The translations under genes and the position numbers were made by a program. A stretch of DNA of 64,000 bases, from assembly GCA_040755995.1 (NCBI GenBank), contig JBFMAF010000052.1, forward strand, positions 32,001-96,000, given 5' to 3'. The stretch's first letter is position 1. Every line of letters starts with the position of its first letter. Below the pieces are notes generated by a model. The model was not told the origin of the DNA and did no database searches. It saw only the letters and a list, made by a program, of their open reading frames with translations. Of the stretch, positions 1-10,137 are shown piece by piece. This DNA comes from Acidobacteriota bacterium. Its GTDB lineage: Bacteria > Acidobacteriota > CAIWXX01.

Positions 1-1
1 A

Positions 2-628
2 GCGGCAATACGCGAGCCTCGTCGCTCGGCCCTCGGGCTGCTCTACGAACTGGTGGGAGACGCCGTTGTCGACAGACCCGATTTGGCGTCGGCTTTCGGC
101 GCGAAGGAGCTGGAAGTGCTGTGCACGATGCTGAGGAAAGGGCTCAACTCGCCTGTCACCTCCAGCGCCGGCCGGCTCTTCGACGCCGTGGCAGCCCTCA
201 CGGGGCTCCGGAAGGTGACGCGTTTCGAGGGGCAGGCGGCGATGGAGCTCGAATTCGCGCTCGACGGAGTCGATATGAATGAGGCATATCCGTTCACGAT
301 ACAATCAGCCGGCGGCATGCCGATGGTCGTGGACTGGGGCCCTGCGATTACGTCGCTGCTTGACGATGTCGGCTCTGGAGAATCGACCGGTGTGGTCGCC
401 GCCAGGTTTCACAACACGCTCGTGCGAGTCATCGTGGAAGTCGCCGCGCGAGTGGGTGAGGAGCGAGTCGTGCTGAGCGGCGGCTGCTTCCAGAACAAGT
501 ACCTGACCGAGCGCGCTGTGAAGCAGCTGCGCAGGTCGGGCTTCCGGCCGTACTGGCACCAGCGAATTCCACCGAATGACGGCGGCATTGCACTCGGGCA
601 GGTGGTGGCCGCCGCGATCAGCCGCTAG
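2..628 (+). CDS. hypF: Hydrogenase maturation carbamoyltransferase HypF, C-terminal part (5' end outside window)
   Basis: Frame open from base 2 (AIREPRRSALGLL); motifs TSSAGRLFDAVA, FEGQAAMELE, LSGGCFQN, PPNDGGIALGQ. Confidence 0.96.
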   Translation, partial: AAIREPRRSALGLLYELVGDAVVDRPDLASAFGAKELEVLCTMLRKGLNSPVTSSAGRLFDAVAALTGLRKVTRFEGQAAMELEFALDGVDMNEAYPFTIQSAGGMPMVVDWGPAITSLLDDVGSGESTGVVAARFHNTLVRVIVEVAARVGEERVVLSGGCFQNKYLTERAVKQLRRSGFRPYWHQRIPPNDGGIALGQVVAAAISR

Positions 629-641
629 AAGGAGCAATAGG

Positions 642-889
642 ATGTGTTTGGCTATACCTGGCAAGATCGTGAGCATCACCGGCGAAGATCCGCTTCTGCG
701 GATGGCGAAGGTGAGCTTCGGCGGGACTCTGCGTGACGTCAGCCTCGTCTACGTCCCCGAGGCGAAGATCGACGATTATGTGATCGTGCATGTCGGATTC
801 GCTCTGAGCATCGTGGATGAGAAGGAGGCGGAGGAGGTGTTCGGCTTCCTGAAGCAGATGGGCGAACTTGCGGAGGCCGAGGAGACTCC

Positions 890-893
<4 letters not shown>
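642..893 (+). CDS. hypC: Hydrogenase assembly chaperone HypC/HupF
   Basis: [10 protein letters not shown]-terminus, [19 protein letters not shown] upstream of ATG 642. Confidence 0.97.
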
Positions 894-2005
<1,112 letters not shown>

Positions 2006-3085
2006 ATGAGCAAAGACGATCCGATCGATCCGGGATTCTGCTGCCCGATTCCGTTGTCGGATTACCCGCAGATCCTGCTCGCGCATGGCGGCGGCGGGAA
2101 GCTCATGCACGATCTCATTGAAAAGCTCTTCGTAAAGACTTTCGAGAACCCCTTGCTCGCCAAACGGCACGACGGAGCCGTGCTGGACCTGGCCGGAAGC
2201 GGAGCGAGTGAGCTCCCGCGGCTCGCCTTCACCACCGACTCCTACGTCGTTCGGCCGCTCTTCTTCCCGGGCGGTGACATCGGGTCACTCGCCGTGAACG
2301 GCACCGTAAACGACCTCGCGATGTGCGGCGCACGTCCCCTGTATCTCAGCGCTGGGTTTATCCTTGAGGAGGGTTTGCCGACGGAGACCCTGTGGCGAAT
2401 CGTACAGTCCATGCGCCGGGCGGCAGATGAAGCCGGCGTGCAGCTCGTCACCGGAGACACCAAGGTCGTGGACCGCGGCAAGGGCGACGGCGTCTTTATC
2501 AACACTGCCGGAATCGGCATCATCGAGCACTCGCTGTCGATCGGCCCGTCCAGCGTCCGAGACGGTGACATCATTCTCCTCAACGGCGACATCGGCCGGC
2601 ACGGCATCGCGATTATGGCTGTGCGCGAGGGCATATCGCTGGAGACCACGATCGAGAGCGACTGCGCGCCGCTATCCGGCATCGTCGCCGCCCTCCTCGA
2701 TTCCGGCATCGAAGTCTCCTGCATGCGCGACCTGACCCGAGGCGGACTGGCGAGCGCGCTCGTAGAAATCGCCGAGTCCGCGCGAGTCAACATTCGCATC
2801 GACGAGACGGCCATCCCGGTGCGCGAGGACGTCCACGGGGCATGCGAGATACTCGGCTTCGACCCGCTCTACGTCGCCAACGAGGGCCGATTCGTGTGCT
2901 TCGTCGCAGCGGCTCAGGTGGACCACGCGTTGAGCATCATGCGCTCCCATACCTTGGGCGAGGGCGCCTCAGTGATCGGATGCGTGGCCGCCGGCTCGCC
3001 GGGCCTGGTCGCCATGAAGAGCCGCATCGGCGCGATGAGAGTTGTCGATATGATCAGCGGCGAACAGCTGCCGCGGATTTGCTGA
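2006..3085 (+). CDS. hypE: Carbamoyl dehydratase HypE
   Basis: [30 protein letters not shown]-terminal GEQLPRIC. Confidence 0.97.
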   Translation: MSKDDPIDPGFCCPIPLSDYPQILLAHGGGGKLMHDLIEKLFVKTFENPLLAKRHDGAVLDLAGSGASELPRLAFTTDSYVVRPLFFPGGDIGSLAVNGTVNDLAMCGARPLYLSAGFILEEGLPTETLWRIVQSMRRAADEAGVQLVTGDTKVVDRGKGDGVFINTAGIGIIEHSLSIGPSSVRDGDIILLNGDIGRHGIAIMAVREGISLETTIESDCAPLSGIVAALLDSGIEVSCMRDLTRGGLASALVEIAESARVNIRIDETAIPVREDVHGACEILGFDPLYVANEGRFVCFVAAAQVDHALSIMRSHTLGEGASVIGCVAAGSPGLVAMKSRIGAMRVVDMISGEQLPRIC

Positions 3086-3102
3086 AGGTCGGACCCGGGG
3101 AC

Positions 3103-3238
3103 AGCGAGACGCGGAGACGCTGGGACAGGGAGAAACGGAGAAACGGAGAAACGGGAACACGGAGAACCGGAGAATTGGGGAGACGGCGAAACGGAGAAGC
3201 GGAGAGACGGAGAAGGGGAGAGCCGGAGACGGGGAGAG
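3103..3238 (+). repeat. Degenerate purine-rich tandem ~8-mer repeat (GGAGAAAC / GGAGACGC-like)
   Basis: ggagaaacggagaaacggagaaacgggaacacggagaaccggagaatt... directly visible between hypE and the next ATG. Confidence 0.85.
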
Positions 3239-4564
3239 ATGCAGAGGAACGGAGACAGGGATCGCGGGTCGGTGCTTGCCATCGGGTTCAGCACGACGGT
3301 CTGCATGTGGACGGTGGGATACCTGGGCCGCCTGCCGTTCGTCGAGGCTCCGGCCTGGCTGCTTTTCGTCCTGATGCTGGCATGTCTGGCAGCAGGCGGG
3401 ATCGTGGCGGGAAGATATGCGACGTGGCGCGCGGGGCTCTGGGCGGGCACGCTGAGCGCCGCGCTGAATCTGCTCATACTGGGATCGCTGCTTGGCGGCG
3501 GCCGCCCGAACCAGCTCAGCCAATCAGCAGCATGGTGGATCGGCGGGTCGATTCTGCTGGGGACGGCTCTCGGTGGTCTTGGTGGAGCCATCGGACGATC
3601 GTGGCCCGCGACGAAGCCGTCGCCGTCTAACTGGACAGCGACCCTCGCATTCGTGGCCTGCTTTGCGGCCTTGCTGCTGATCATCGCAGGCGGCCTCGTG
3701 ACGAGCAACCGCGCGGGATTGGCGGTGGTCGACTGGCCCAATTCGTTCGGGTACAACATGTTTCTCTATCCGCTGGCGCGAATGACAGGCGGCATCTACT
3801 ACGAGCATGCGCACCGGCTGCTGGGCACGCTGGTCGGCCTGAGCACACTCGTCTTGGTCATTCATCTGCACATCGTCGACTCGCGCAGGTGGCTCCGGCG
3901 ATTCGCACTGGCCGCCCTGGCGCTGGTGATCTGCCAGGGCATACTGGGAGGGTTGCGCGTGACCGGGCGGTTCACTCTCAGCACTTCGCCCGCCGAGACG
4001 GCTCCGAGTATCGCCCTTGCCGCCGTCCACGGTGTGGTGGGCCAGGTGTTCTTCGGGATGCTGGTGGCACTCGGCGTCTTCTGCACGCGGGCGTGGCGGG
4101 AGCCGCGGGCGGTGCCGGCCAGGACAACGGCGCGCGCCGAGACCGCTCTGGGCGCAGTGCTTGTCGTCACGCTCGTGGCACAGCTGGCTCTGGGCGCGAT
4201 TCAACGACACATCGAGCGTGGGCTGCTGATGCACATCACACTGGGTGTTGTCGTTGTTCTTCTGGCCGTTGCGTGCGGCGTTCGAGCCTGGGGATACTAC
4301 ACCGAACAGCCGATCATTCGGCGGACGGGAATCGCGCTGCTTGTTCTGACCGCGCTCCAGGTCCTCCTCGGCTTCGGCGCGCTGATCGCTGTCGGATCAA
4401 CCTCCGGGATCGAACAGCCTCCACCACTCCGCGTCTCTGTCACCACGGCGCACCAGGTCACGGGGGCCTGTCTACTGGCGTGCGCGATCATGCTGACGCT
4501 CTGGTGCAACCGCCTGCTCGCAACGCCGCCCGCGTCGCACAGGTTGTCGACCCGGCCCCGTTAG
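3239..4564 (+). CDS. COX15/CtaA heme A synthase family membrane protein with an extra N-terminal hydrophobic region
   Basis: GGLVTSNRAGLAVVDWP, YYEHAHRLLG, QGILGGLRV, VHG, HQVTG conserved histidines; many TM segments. Confidence 0.8.
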   Translation: MQRNGDRDRGSVLAIGFSTTVCMWTVGYLGRLPFVEAPAWLLFVLMLACLAAGGIVAGRYATWRAGLWAGTLSAALNLLILGSLLGGGRPNQLSQSAAWWIGGSILLGTALGGLGGAIGRSWPATKPSPSNWTATLAFVACFAALLLIIAGGLVTSNRAGLAVVDWPNSFGYNMFLYPLARMTGGIYYEHAHRLLGTLVGLSTLVLVIHLHIVDSRRWLRRFALAALALVICQGILGGLRVTGRFTLSTSPAETAPSIALAAVHGVVGQVFFGMLVALGVFCTRAWREPRAVPARTTARAETALGAVLVVTLVAQLALGAIQRHIERGLLMHITLGVVVVLLAVACGVRAWGYYTEQPIIRRTGIALLVLTALQVLLGFGALIAVGSTSGIEQPPPLRVSVTTAHQVTGACLLACAIMLTLWCNRLLATPPASHRLSTRPR

Positions 4565-4648
4565 CCATACAGTGTTCCGTGGAAGTCGAGACCAGCAGAT
4601 GTGGACCTGGAGAGACAATCGCAAGTGTGAAGATCGTGGGGGAGAACG

Positions 4649-6226
4649 ATGACGAGGATCCTTATCGGTCTTGGAGTTCTGGTCACCATCTGTGCGATGG
4701 CCACGGCGGCCGCCTTGCCCACCCTCCCAATGGCAGTTGCCCACCTGACTGGGGTGTGGGAAGGGGCATGGAGCAACGACTACCGCGGCGTGATCACAAT
4801 TACTCCGGCGAACGCCCAATTCGTGCACCTTGAGCTGGTGTGGCAGGGCCTCCCGGAGAAGCGCACGCGCAGCCACCGCCTGCACGCGGTCGCGCGTGTT
4901 GTGACTGGCCCCCAGCTGCGGCTCGAGACTAGCGTGAACGGAATGTCGATTCGCTTCGTACAGACCGAGGCCAGCGGCCAGCTCGAAGGCACGATGGTGC
5001 GCGAGGGCCGGACTTCGACCATCACGCTGCGCAGGCGGCCGGGTGCCGCAACGGAACAGCAAGCGTCGGTGCCCCCCGAGATACGCTGCTCGTCGCTCGA
5101 CGCCTTTCTGACCCGGATCACAGCCGCCTCAGATGCCGCTGCACGCAAGGCCGCGGTCGATGAGCTGGTCGCTACCGCCAAAGCTCGCATGACGCCGCTC
5201 ATCGACTCGATCCCGCGGTCGGGTTTCGGATGCGCCACGTTCCTGTATCAGGGCGAAGCCGTGGAGGTCGCGCTGGCCGGGGACTTCAACGGCTGGAGCA
5301 CGGCCTCGGATTATCTCACCCGCGTGCCGGGCACGGACCTGTTCTATCTGTGTCGAGAGTTCGAGCTCGATGCCCGGCTCGACTACAAACTGCTGCCGGA
5401 CGGCCAATGGGCGCTCGATCCCCTGAACCCGCGCACCATGTTAGGAGGCTACGGTCCGAATTCGCAGTTCTGGATGCCTGGCTACGTCGCACCGGTCGAG
5501 GTAGAGGCGCACCCTGAGATCCCGCACGGGACCCTTGATCGGTTCGCGCTGCACGCGAAGAGGCCGGAGCAGAGCCGCACACTGACTGTGTACCTGCCTT
5601 CCGACTACGCGGAAACCAAAGAGGCGCTTCCGGTGCTGTACGTGCACGACGGCGAGGACTACCTGAACTTCGCCGAAATCCAGAACATCATGGACCTTCT
5701 GATCCATGAGCGCCGTATTCCGCCCGTCATCGTGGTCATGGTGCCGCCGAAGAAACGACACGAGGAGTACGCGATGAACCTCCAGTTCGAGGAGTTCCTC
5801 ATCAAGGAGGTCGTGCCGGCGATCGACGGGAGGTACCGGAGCCGGCGCGACCCTGCGTTTCGCGCAGTGGCAGGGATCTCGATGGGCGGCAACGAGGCAC
5901 TGTCACTCGCGCTGCGGCATCCAGATGTGTTCGGGCGGTGCGCGGCGCAGTCCAGCGGCGGGCCGGACGGCGACTTCTTTGACTTGCTTGACCTGATCCA
6001 GAAAGGGCCAAAGCCGGCGACGCGGTTCTACCTCGACGTAGGCATCTACGAATCGAACCAGGACGGCTCTGACCTGCTGGATTACACCCGGCAGATTCAC
6101 GCCGCGATGCTCGCGAAGGACTACGAGCTCAAGTATCGCGAGGTGCACGAAGGCCACAGCTGGGGGAATTGGCGGGCGCGCATCGGCGATGCGCTCGTAT
6201 ACTTCTGGGGGGAGTGGGGAGAATAG
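4649..6226 (+). CDS. Secreted alpha/beta-hydrolase (enterochelin esterase-like) with a CBM48/E-set-like domain
   Basis: Signal peptide; VALAGDFNGW...DYK...DPLNP; VYLP, PVLYVHDG, GISMGG nucleophile elbow, GHSW. Confidence 0.85.
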   Translation: MTRILIGLGVLVTICAMATAAALPTLPMAVAHLTGVWEGAWSNDYRGVITITPANAQFVHLELVWQGLPEKRTRSHRLHAVARVVTGPQLRLETSVNGMSIRFVQTEASGQLEGTMVREGRTSTITLRRRPGAATEQQASVPPEIRCSSLDAFLTRITAASDAAARKAAVDELVATAKARMTPLIDSIPRSGFGCATFLYQGEAVEVALAGDFNGWSTASDYLTRVPGTDLFYLCREFELDARLDYKLLPDGQWALDPLNPRTMLGGYGPNSQFWMPGYVAPVEVEAHPEIPHGTLDRFALHAKRPEQSRTLTVYLPSDYAETKEALPVLYVHDGEDYLNFAEIQNIMDLLIHERRIPPVIVVMVPPKKRHEEYAMNLQFEEFLIKEVVPAIDGRYRSRRDPAFRAVAGISMGGNEALSLALRHPDVFGRCAAQSSGGPDGDFFDLLDLIQKGPKPATRFYLDVGIYESNQDGSDLLDYTRQIHAAMLAKDYELKYREVHEGHSWGNWRARIGDALVYFWGEWGE

Positions 6227-6238
6227 ACATCCGCACGC
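6140..6238 (+). repeat. Direct repeat A, copy 1 (3' end of esterase gene)
   Basis: Matches 7730-7828; 6 mismatches in the 81-bp core. Confidence 0.92.
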
Positions 6239-6663
6239 GGCTTGAAAACCGGGACCCAGTCTGCATGCTCCGCGCAGAACGCCGCCGCCTCCTGCGCGTC
6301 GAAGAGGAATACGGTGACGTCTACAACCGCTACGAGGGCCGGCAGATCGTGGAAAAGGATCTCCGGCGTCGCCGCGGGATTTCGGACCTGGCAGGCTGCT
6401 GGTCTCGCTCGAGCAGGAAGCCACCCTGCGCGCCGTGCTGGTGATCGAGCCGACGATGCTATTCGGCCTGTACCAGTACCGCGACTACCGCGCCCTGGGG
6501 GGTGTTTCTCACGGTGAGCGGGAGGCCGCGTGACTCGTTTGAGACTGGGCCTCTCTTTAGAGTACGATACGTATGATCGTTCGCGGGGCGGCAGGTTGGT
6601 TGAGGGCGCAGTGTCTCCGGCCGGCATTCATTCCGGAACGAGCAAAACACGAGGAGGTTCGAG

Positions 6664-7686
6664 ATGAAGAGGGGTCTCACAGGCATTGGTTGTTTCCTCT
6701 TGATCGCGTCTGTGGTCGCCGGGCACGCGGCCGAGCAGTACTATGTCCCATTGATACGGGAGCAGGCCGACAACACGATTGACCTTTACTGGATGAAATT
6801 GAACCAGGAAGGCAAGCTGGTCAAGGGGCCGCGACTCATCCGGGACAGCTCCGGCGAGATATGGTCCGCAGCCATCGTTCCACAAGGGAACAAGATGCTC
6901 TTCGAAGAGCGGGCGCTGTTCGGCACCAGCAGCCAGGTCTACTCGGTGGATGTGAACCCGAGCTCGGGGAAGGTGACCAGTGGGCCCGTGGCGCTGATGA
7001 CAGGATCCGCCTACAACTACTACGGCCTCAGCATCTCGCAGGATGGTCGCAAGTTCATTTTCTCTCGCGCGGCCGCCTTCGCGCGCTTCGCGACCTGGGA
7101 TATCTTCCTGCGCAAGTTCAAGAAGAACGGCTCGCTGACCCCTAACACCATCCCCATCGCCACCTCGGCGGGCTCCGAGAGCTTCCCGTTCATCACTGAG
7201 AATGCGAGGCGGGCCTACTATAACAGGGTCTACCCACTCGAGACGGGCGGCCCCACCAGCGCTATCTTCATGCAAGCCCTGAATGCAAACGGGACCGCGA
7301 GCGGCGCGCCGGTGCTTGCGATGAGGATCGAGAATCAGAACCTGTACCTGCCTATGCTCAACAGCGCGGGCTCCTGGATGTCTTACTACAACTCGACCGA
7401 CGATAACCTATATGTCACCCGGATGTCCGGTGCCGGTCTGGCGACTGGGACTCCGGTGAAGGTCACGAGTGTGGGGGCAGGTCAGAGCGCGCTGGGCGGT
7501 ATTACTCGCAATGCCCAGATCCTCCTGTACACTCTGGTTGGCGTAGGAGCTCGCATGGACGGGATAGGCCAAACCTACACGGTCTACTCGCAGAAGCTCG
7601 ACTCGAACGGCAATCCCGATGGCGCGCCGACGCAGATCGTGGCAGCATGGCCGTATTGGCAGGAGCCGTGGATCTTGGCTGACTGA
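6664..7686 (+). CDS. Secreted protein with TolB/WD40-like repeats (probable beta-propeller)
   Basis: GAGGAGG RBS, signal peptide ending AGHA; repeats of the type L-x-x-x-G-x-x-x-G-x-P-V, ISQDGRKFIFS. Confidence 0.7.
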   Translation: MKRGLTGIGCFLLIASVVAGHAAEQYYVPLIREQADNTIDLYWMKLNQEGKLVKGPRLIRDSSGEIWSAAIVPQGNKMLFEERALFGTSSQVYSVDVNPSSGKVTSGPVALMTGSAYNYYGLSISQDGRKFIFSRAAAFARFATWDIFLRKFKKNGSLTPNTIPIATSAGSESFPFITENARRAYYNRVYPLETGGPTSAIFMQALNANGTASGAPVLAMRIENQNLYLPMLNSAGSWMSYYNSTDDNLYVTRMSGAGLATGTPVKVTSVGAGQSALGGITRNAQILLYTLVGVGARMDGIGQTYTVYSQKLDSNGNPDGAPTQIVAAWPYWQEPWILAD

Positions 7687-7729
7687 GTGCCTGAACTCGG
7701 AACCCTGGGTGACCTGGTCGTGGAGGTGT

Positions 7730-7828
7730 GAGGTGCACGAGGGCCATAGCTGGGGGAACTGGCGGGCGCGCATCGGTGATGCGCTCGTATCCTTCTGGGG
7801 GGAGTGTGGAAAGTAGCTACCCGCACGC
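7730..7828 (+). repeat. Direct repeat A, copy 2 (displaced esterase 3' end, EVHEGHSWGNWRARIGDALVSFWGECGK*)
   Basis: Matches 6140-6238; no upstream part of the gene present. Confidence 0.92.
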
Positions 7829-8010
7829 ACCTCCAAAGCGGTTCTCCTGTCCGCAGGCTTTGTGGTTCTGTGCGCCTCTGCGAAACTATGCGGATACAGC
7901 GGACAAGATTGGGAGCTGCAGTCGACCTCGGTCAGGACCCGGCAACCGCGAGTATGATGTAGGCCTCTTGAACAGGAGATAGAGCACGCGATCGTTATCA
8001 TGAAGCGATG

Positions 8011-8026
8011 ATACAAGATATTGTAT
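8011..8026. promoter_or_regulatory. 16-bp palindrome ATACAAGATATTGTAT resembling an NrdR box
   Basis: Perfect 6-bp arms in an AT-rich patch; 13/16 match to acaCwAtATaTwGtgt. Confidence 0.45.
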
Positions 8027-8225
8027 ATTGGTCAAGCTGGGGCTGGGGGACGCGACGCGAGTTACACCGTCACTTGAATCCAGATCGCAGGGTACCGGCG
8101 TCAGACTGCACGACCAACAGTTCCTCGTTCGAGTGCGGGGCTGCCGCCCAGATGGTACTCTTGCGTGCTTGCCTGCCGGGCGGAAGCTTGACCGCCGGGC
8201 CGCAAAGCGAGAGACTCTAGGCATC

Positions 8226-9524
8226 ATGAACGAACTTGTACTGATCGTCGACGATGAACCGGAGATACTGAATACGCTGTCTTCCGTGCTGGCGGACGAG
8301 GGCTACCAGGTCCTGAAGGCGAGCACGGGGGAGAAGGCAATCGAGCTCTACCGCGAGCGGCGGCCGGCTGCGGTCTTTCTCGACATCTGGCTGCCTGATC
8401 GCGACGGCCTCGAAACCCTCCAGGCTTTACGCCAGATGGATTCGCAGGCCGCGGTGATCATGATGTCGGGCCACGGTGCCACCGCGGCCGCGGTCAAGGC
8501 CATCAAGATGGGCGCCTACGACTACCTCGAGAAACCGCTCTCGTACGGCCCCGTGGTCGATGCCCTGGCCGGCGCCATGGAGAGCAAGAAGGCGCAGGCG
8601 GGCAAGCCCGGCGGCCCCATCCTCGACCTCAGCAGGGCATATGTCGAGGCCCCGCGCCAGTTCGCGCCCCCGCCGGATCTGCCGATCATTCGCACGGCGG
8701 ACGTGGCGCAGAGGACCATCCGTGAACCGAGCGTGATCTACGGGATGGGACTGCACTCCGGCGGCCGCACCGGAATGGTCTTCCAACCGCTGCCGCCCAA
8801 CAGCGGCATCCATTTCGTCACCCTGCCCAACGGGACCCTGATCCCAGCCCATCTCGGCTGCGTGGCTGACACCGAATTCGCCACGACGCTGATGCGCGAC
8901 GGCGAATCGATACGCACCGTGGAACATCTGCTGTCTGCCCTGCATGCTCGCGGCATCACGAACCTGCTGATAAAGGTGCACGGAGAAATCCCTGTGCTGG
9001 ACGGCTCCGCCGTCGAGTTCTGCAACCGAATCGAGGAGATCGGTGTAGAGGAGCAGGACGCACCCAGGAAGGAAGTCATCATCGACCGGCGCTACGAGAT
9101 CAAGAGCAACGGAGATAAGACGCTCGCGATAGAACCATCCGACGTGTTCTCCGTTTCCTACCGCCTCCGGTACCCGCCGCCCGTGAACGAGCAGTCATAC
9201 GAGTTCGCCCTGACAAGCTTCGAGGCCTATCAGGAGAAGATTGCCCGGGCACGCACCTTCGGTTTCCTGCGCGACATCAAGATGATCAACGAGCTGGGGC
9301 TCGGCTCAGGAGGCCGGCTCGATAACTTCATCCTCGTCGGCGACGACAACGTGATCAACACGGAGCTCCGTTTCACGGACGAGTTCGTGAGACACAAGAT
9401 CCTCGACGTCATCGGCGACATGTACCTGCTCGGCTATCCGATGCGGGGTCGCATCACGGCCTGCTACACTGGGCATCGCGACAACATCGCGCTCCAGCGG
9501 GCAATCCTGAGCACCTGGGCCTGA
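8226..9524 (+). CDS. lpxC: Response-regulator receiver domain fused to UDP-3-O-acyl-GlcNAc deacetylase LpxC
   Basis: REC: LIVDDE, FLDIWLP, MMSGHG, YLEKP. LpxC: QRTI, GMGLHSG, TVEHLLSAL, LDGSA, ARARTFGF, HKILDVIGD, GH. One continuous frame. Confidence 0.92.
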   Translation: MNELVLIVDDEPEILNTLSSVLADEGYQVLKASTGEKAIELYRERRPAAVFLDIWLPDRDGLETLQALRQMDSQAAVIMMSGHGATAAAVKAIKMGAYDYLEKPLSYGPVVDALAGAMESKKAQAGKPGGPILDLSRAYVEAPRQFAPPPDLPIIRTADVAQRTIREPSVIYGMGLHSGGRTGMVFQPLPPNSGIHFVTLPNGTLIPAHLGCVADTEFATTLMRDGESIRTVEHLLSALHARGITNLLIKVHGEIPVLDGSAVEFCNRIEEIGVEEQDAPRKEVIIDRRYEIKSNGDKTLAIEPSDVFSVSYRLRYPPPVNEQSYEFALTSFEAYQEKIARARTFGFLRDIKMINELGLGSGGRLDNFILVGDDNVINTELRFTDEFVRHKILDVIGDMYLLGYPMRGRITACYTGHRDNIALQRAILSTWA

Positions 9525-9822
9525 TCACGCGCCTGCACAAACCGCACGTCGTCTACGCCGGCACCTACTCGGGCCGCAAAGGAAGAGGCGGAGTCTTCAA
9601 GTCCAGCGATGGTGGGCAATCCTGGCGCCTCTTCCGCGATGGCATTCCTCCTGTGCACCGGGACATCCGGAGGATCGTACCCGATCCGTCCGGCGGCCCG
9701 TCACTGAGGCTCTACACATTCGCAGGTGGAGTGTTCGCTGCGGAGGATGATGATGGTCACAGTTGACGACGGGCGGTCCATGTGCACGTCTGCTGGGCCC
9801 GAGATCGGCCGCCTCCTTCGAA

Positions 9823-9963
9823 GGGGATGGCGTTTCCACGATCACGGGCGGCACCGGAAGCTTCGTCAGCATTCGCGGCCTCATGCGGATCAGCACCATC
9901 ATCGACCCGCAGGCTGGTCTGCATGAGGCGGAGTATGAGGGCGAGTACTGGTTCCAGGAATAG
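9823..9963 (+). pseudogene. Possible 3' fragment of a hypothetical gene (ITGGTGSF...EYEGEYWFQE*)
   Basis: Protein-like composition ending at a stop codon, no credible start. Confidence 0.3.
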
Positions 9964-10137
9964 GGGAGGACTCGGCGACCGGGTGTCTATCGCCGGACGC
10001 GACCGCATCCCCGAGAGGCAGTCCCGGCACGGAGGTACTACACCAGGGCAGACTGCAAGGCCGCAAGGCGCAAGGCGACTTCACTACCCGCGGCCGCGCT
10101 TTCAGGGTATGATTGGAGACGCTGTGAGGAGTCGACG

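Noticed and set aside
3103..3238. Possible CRISPR array
   Set aside because: Units are ~8 bp, degenerate and have no unique spacers; no cas genes
6240..6500. Protein-like scraps at 6240-6500, 41790-41910, 50240-50400 and 52690-52780
   Set aside because: Probably gene remnants, but I cannot assign a family without a search
6140..7828. Repeat pairs A, B and C as diversity-generating retroelement TR/VR pairs
   Set aside because: Mismatches are not adenine-specific (many C/T and synonymous changes) and no reverse transcriptase is present
8028..8225. N-terminal extensions given by the ORF track (8028, 14485, 31027, 33803, 51538, 58191)
   Set aside because: Domain boundaries, RBS position and stop/start coupling favour the downstream starts used above
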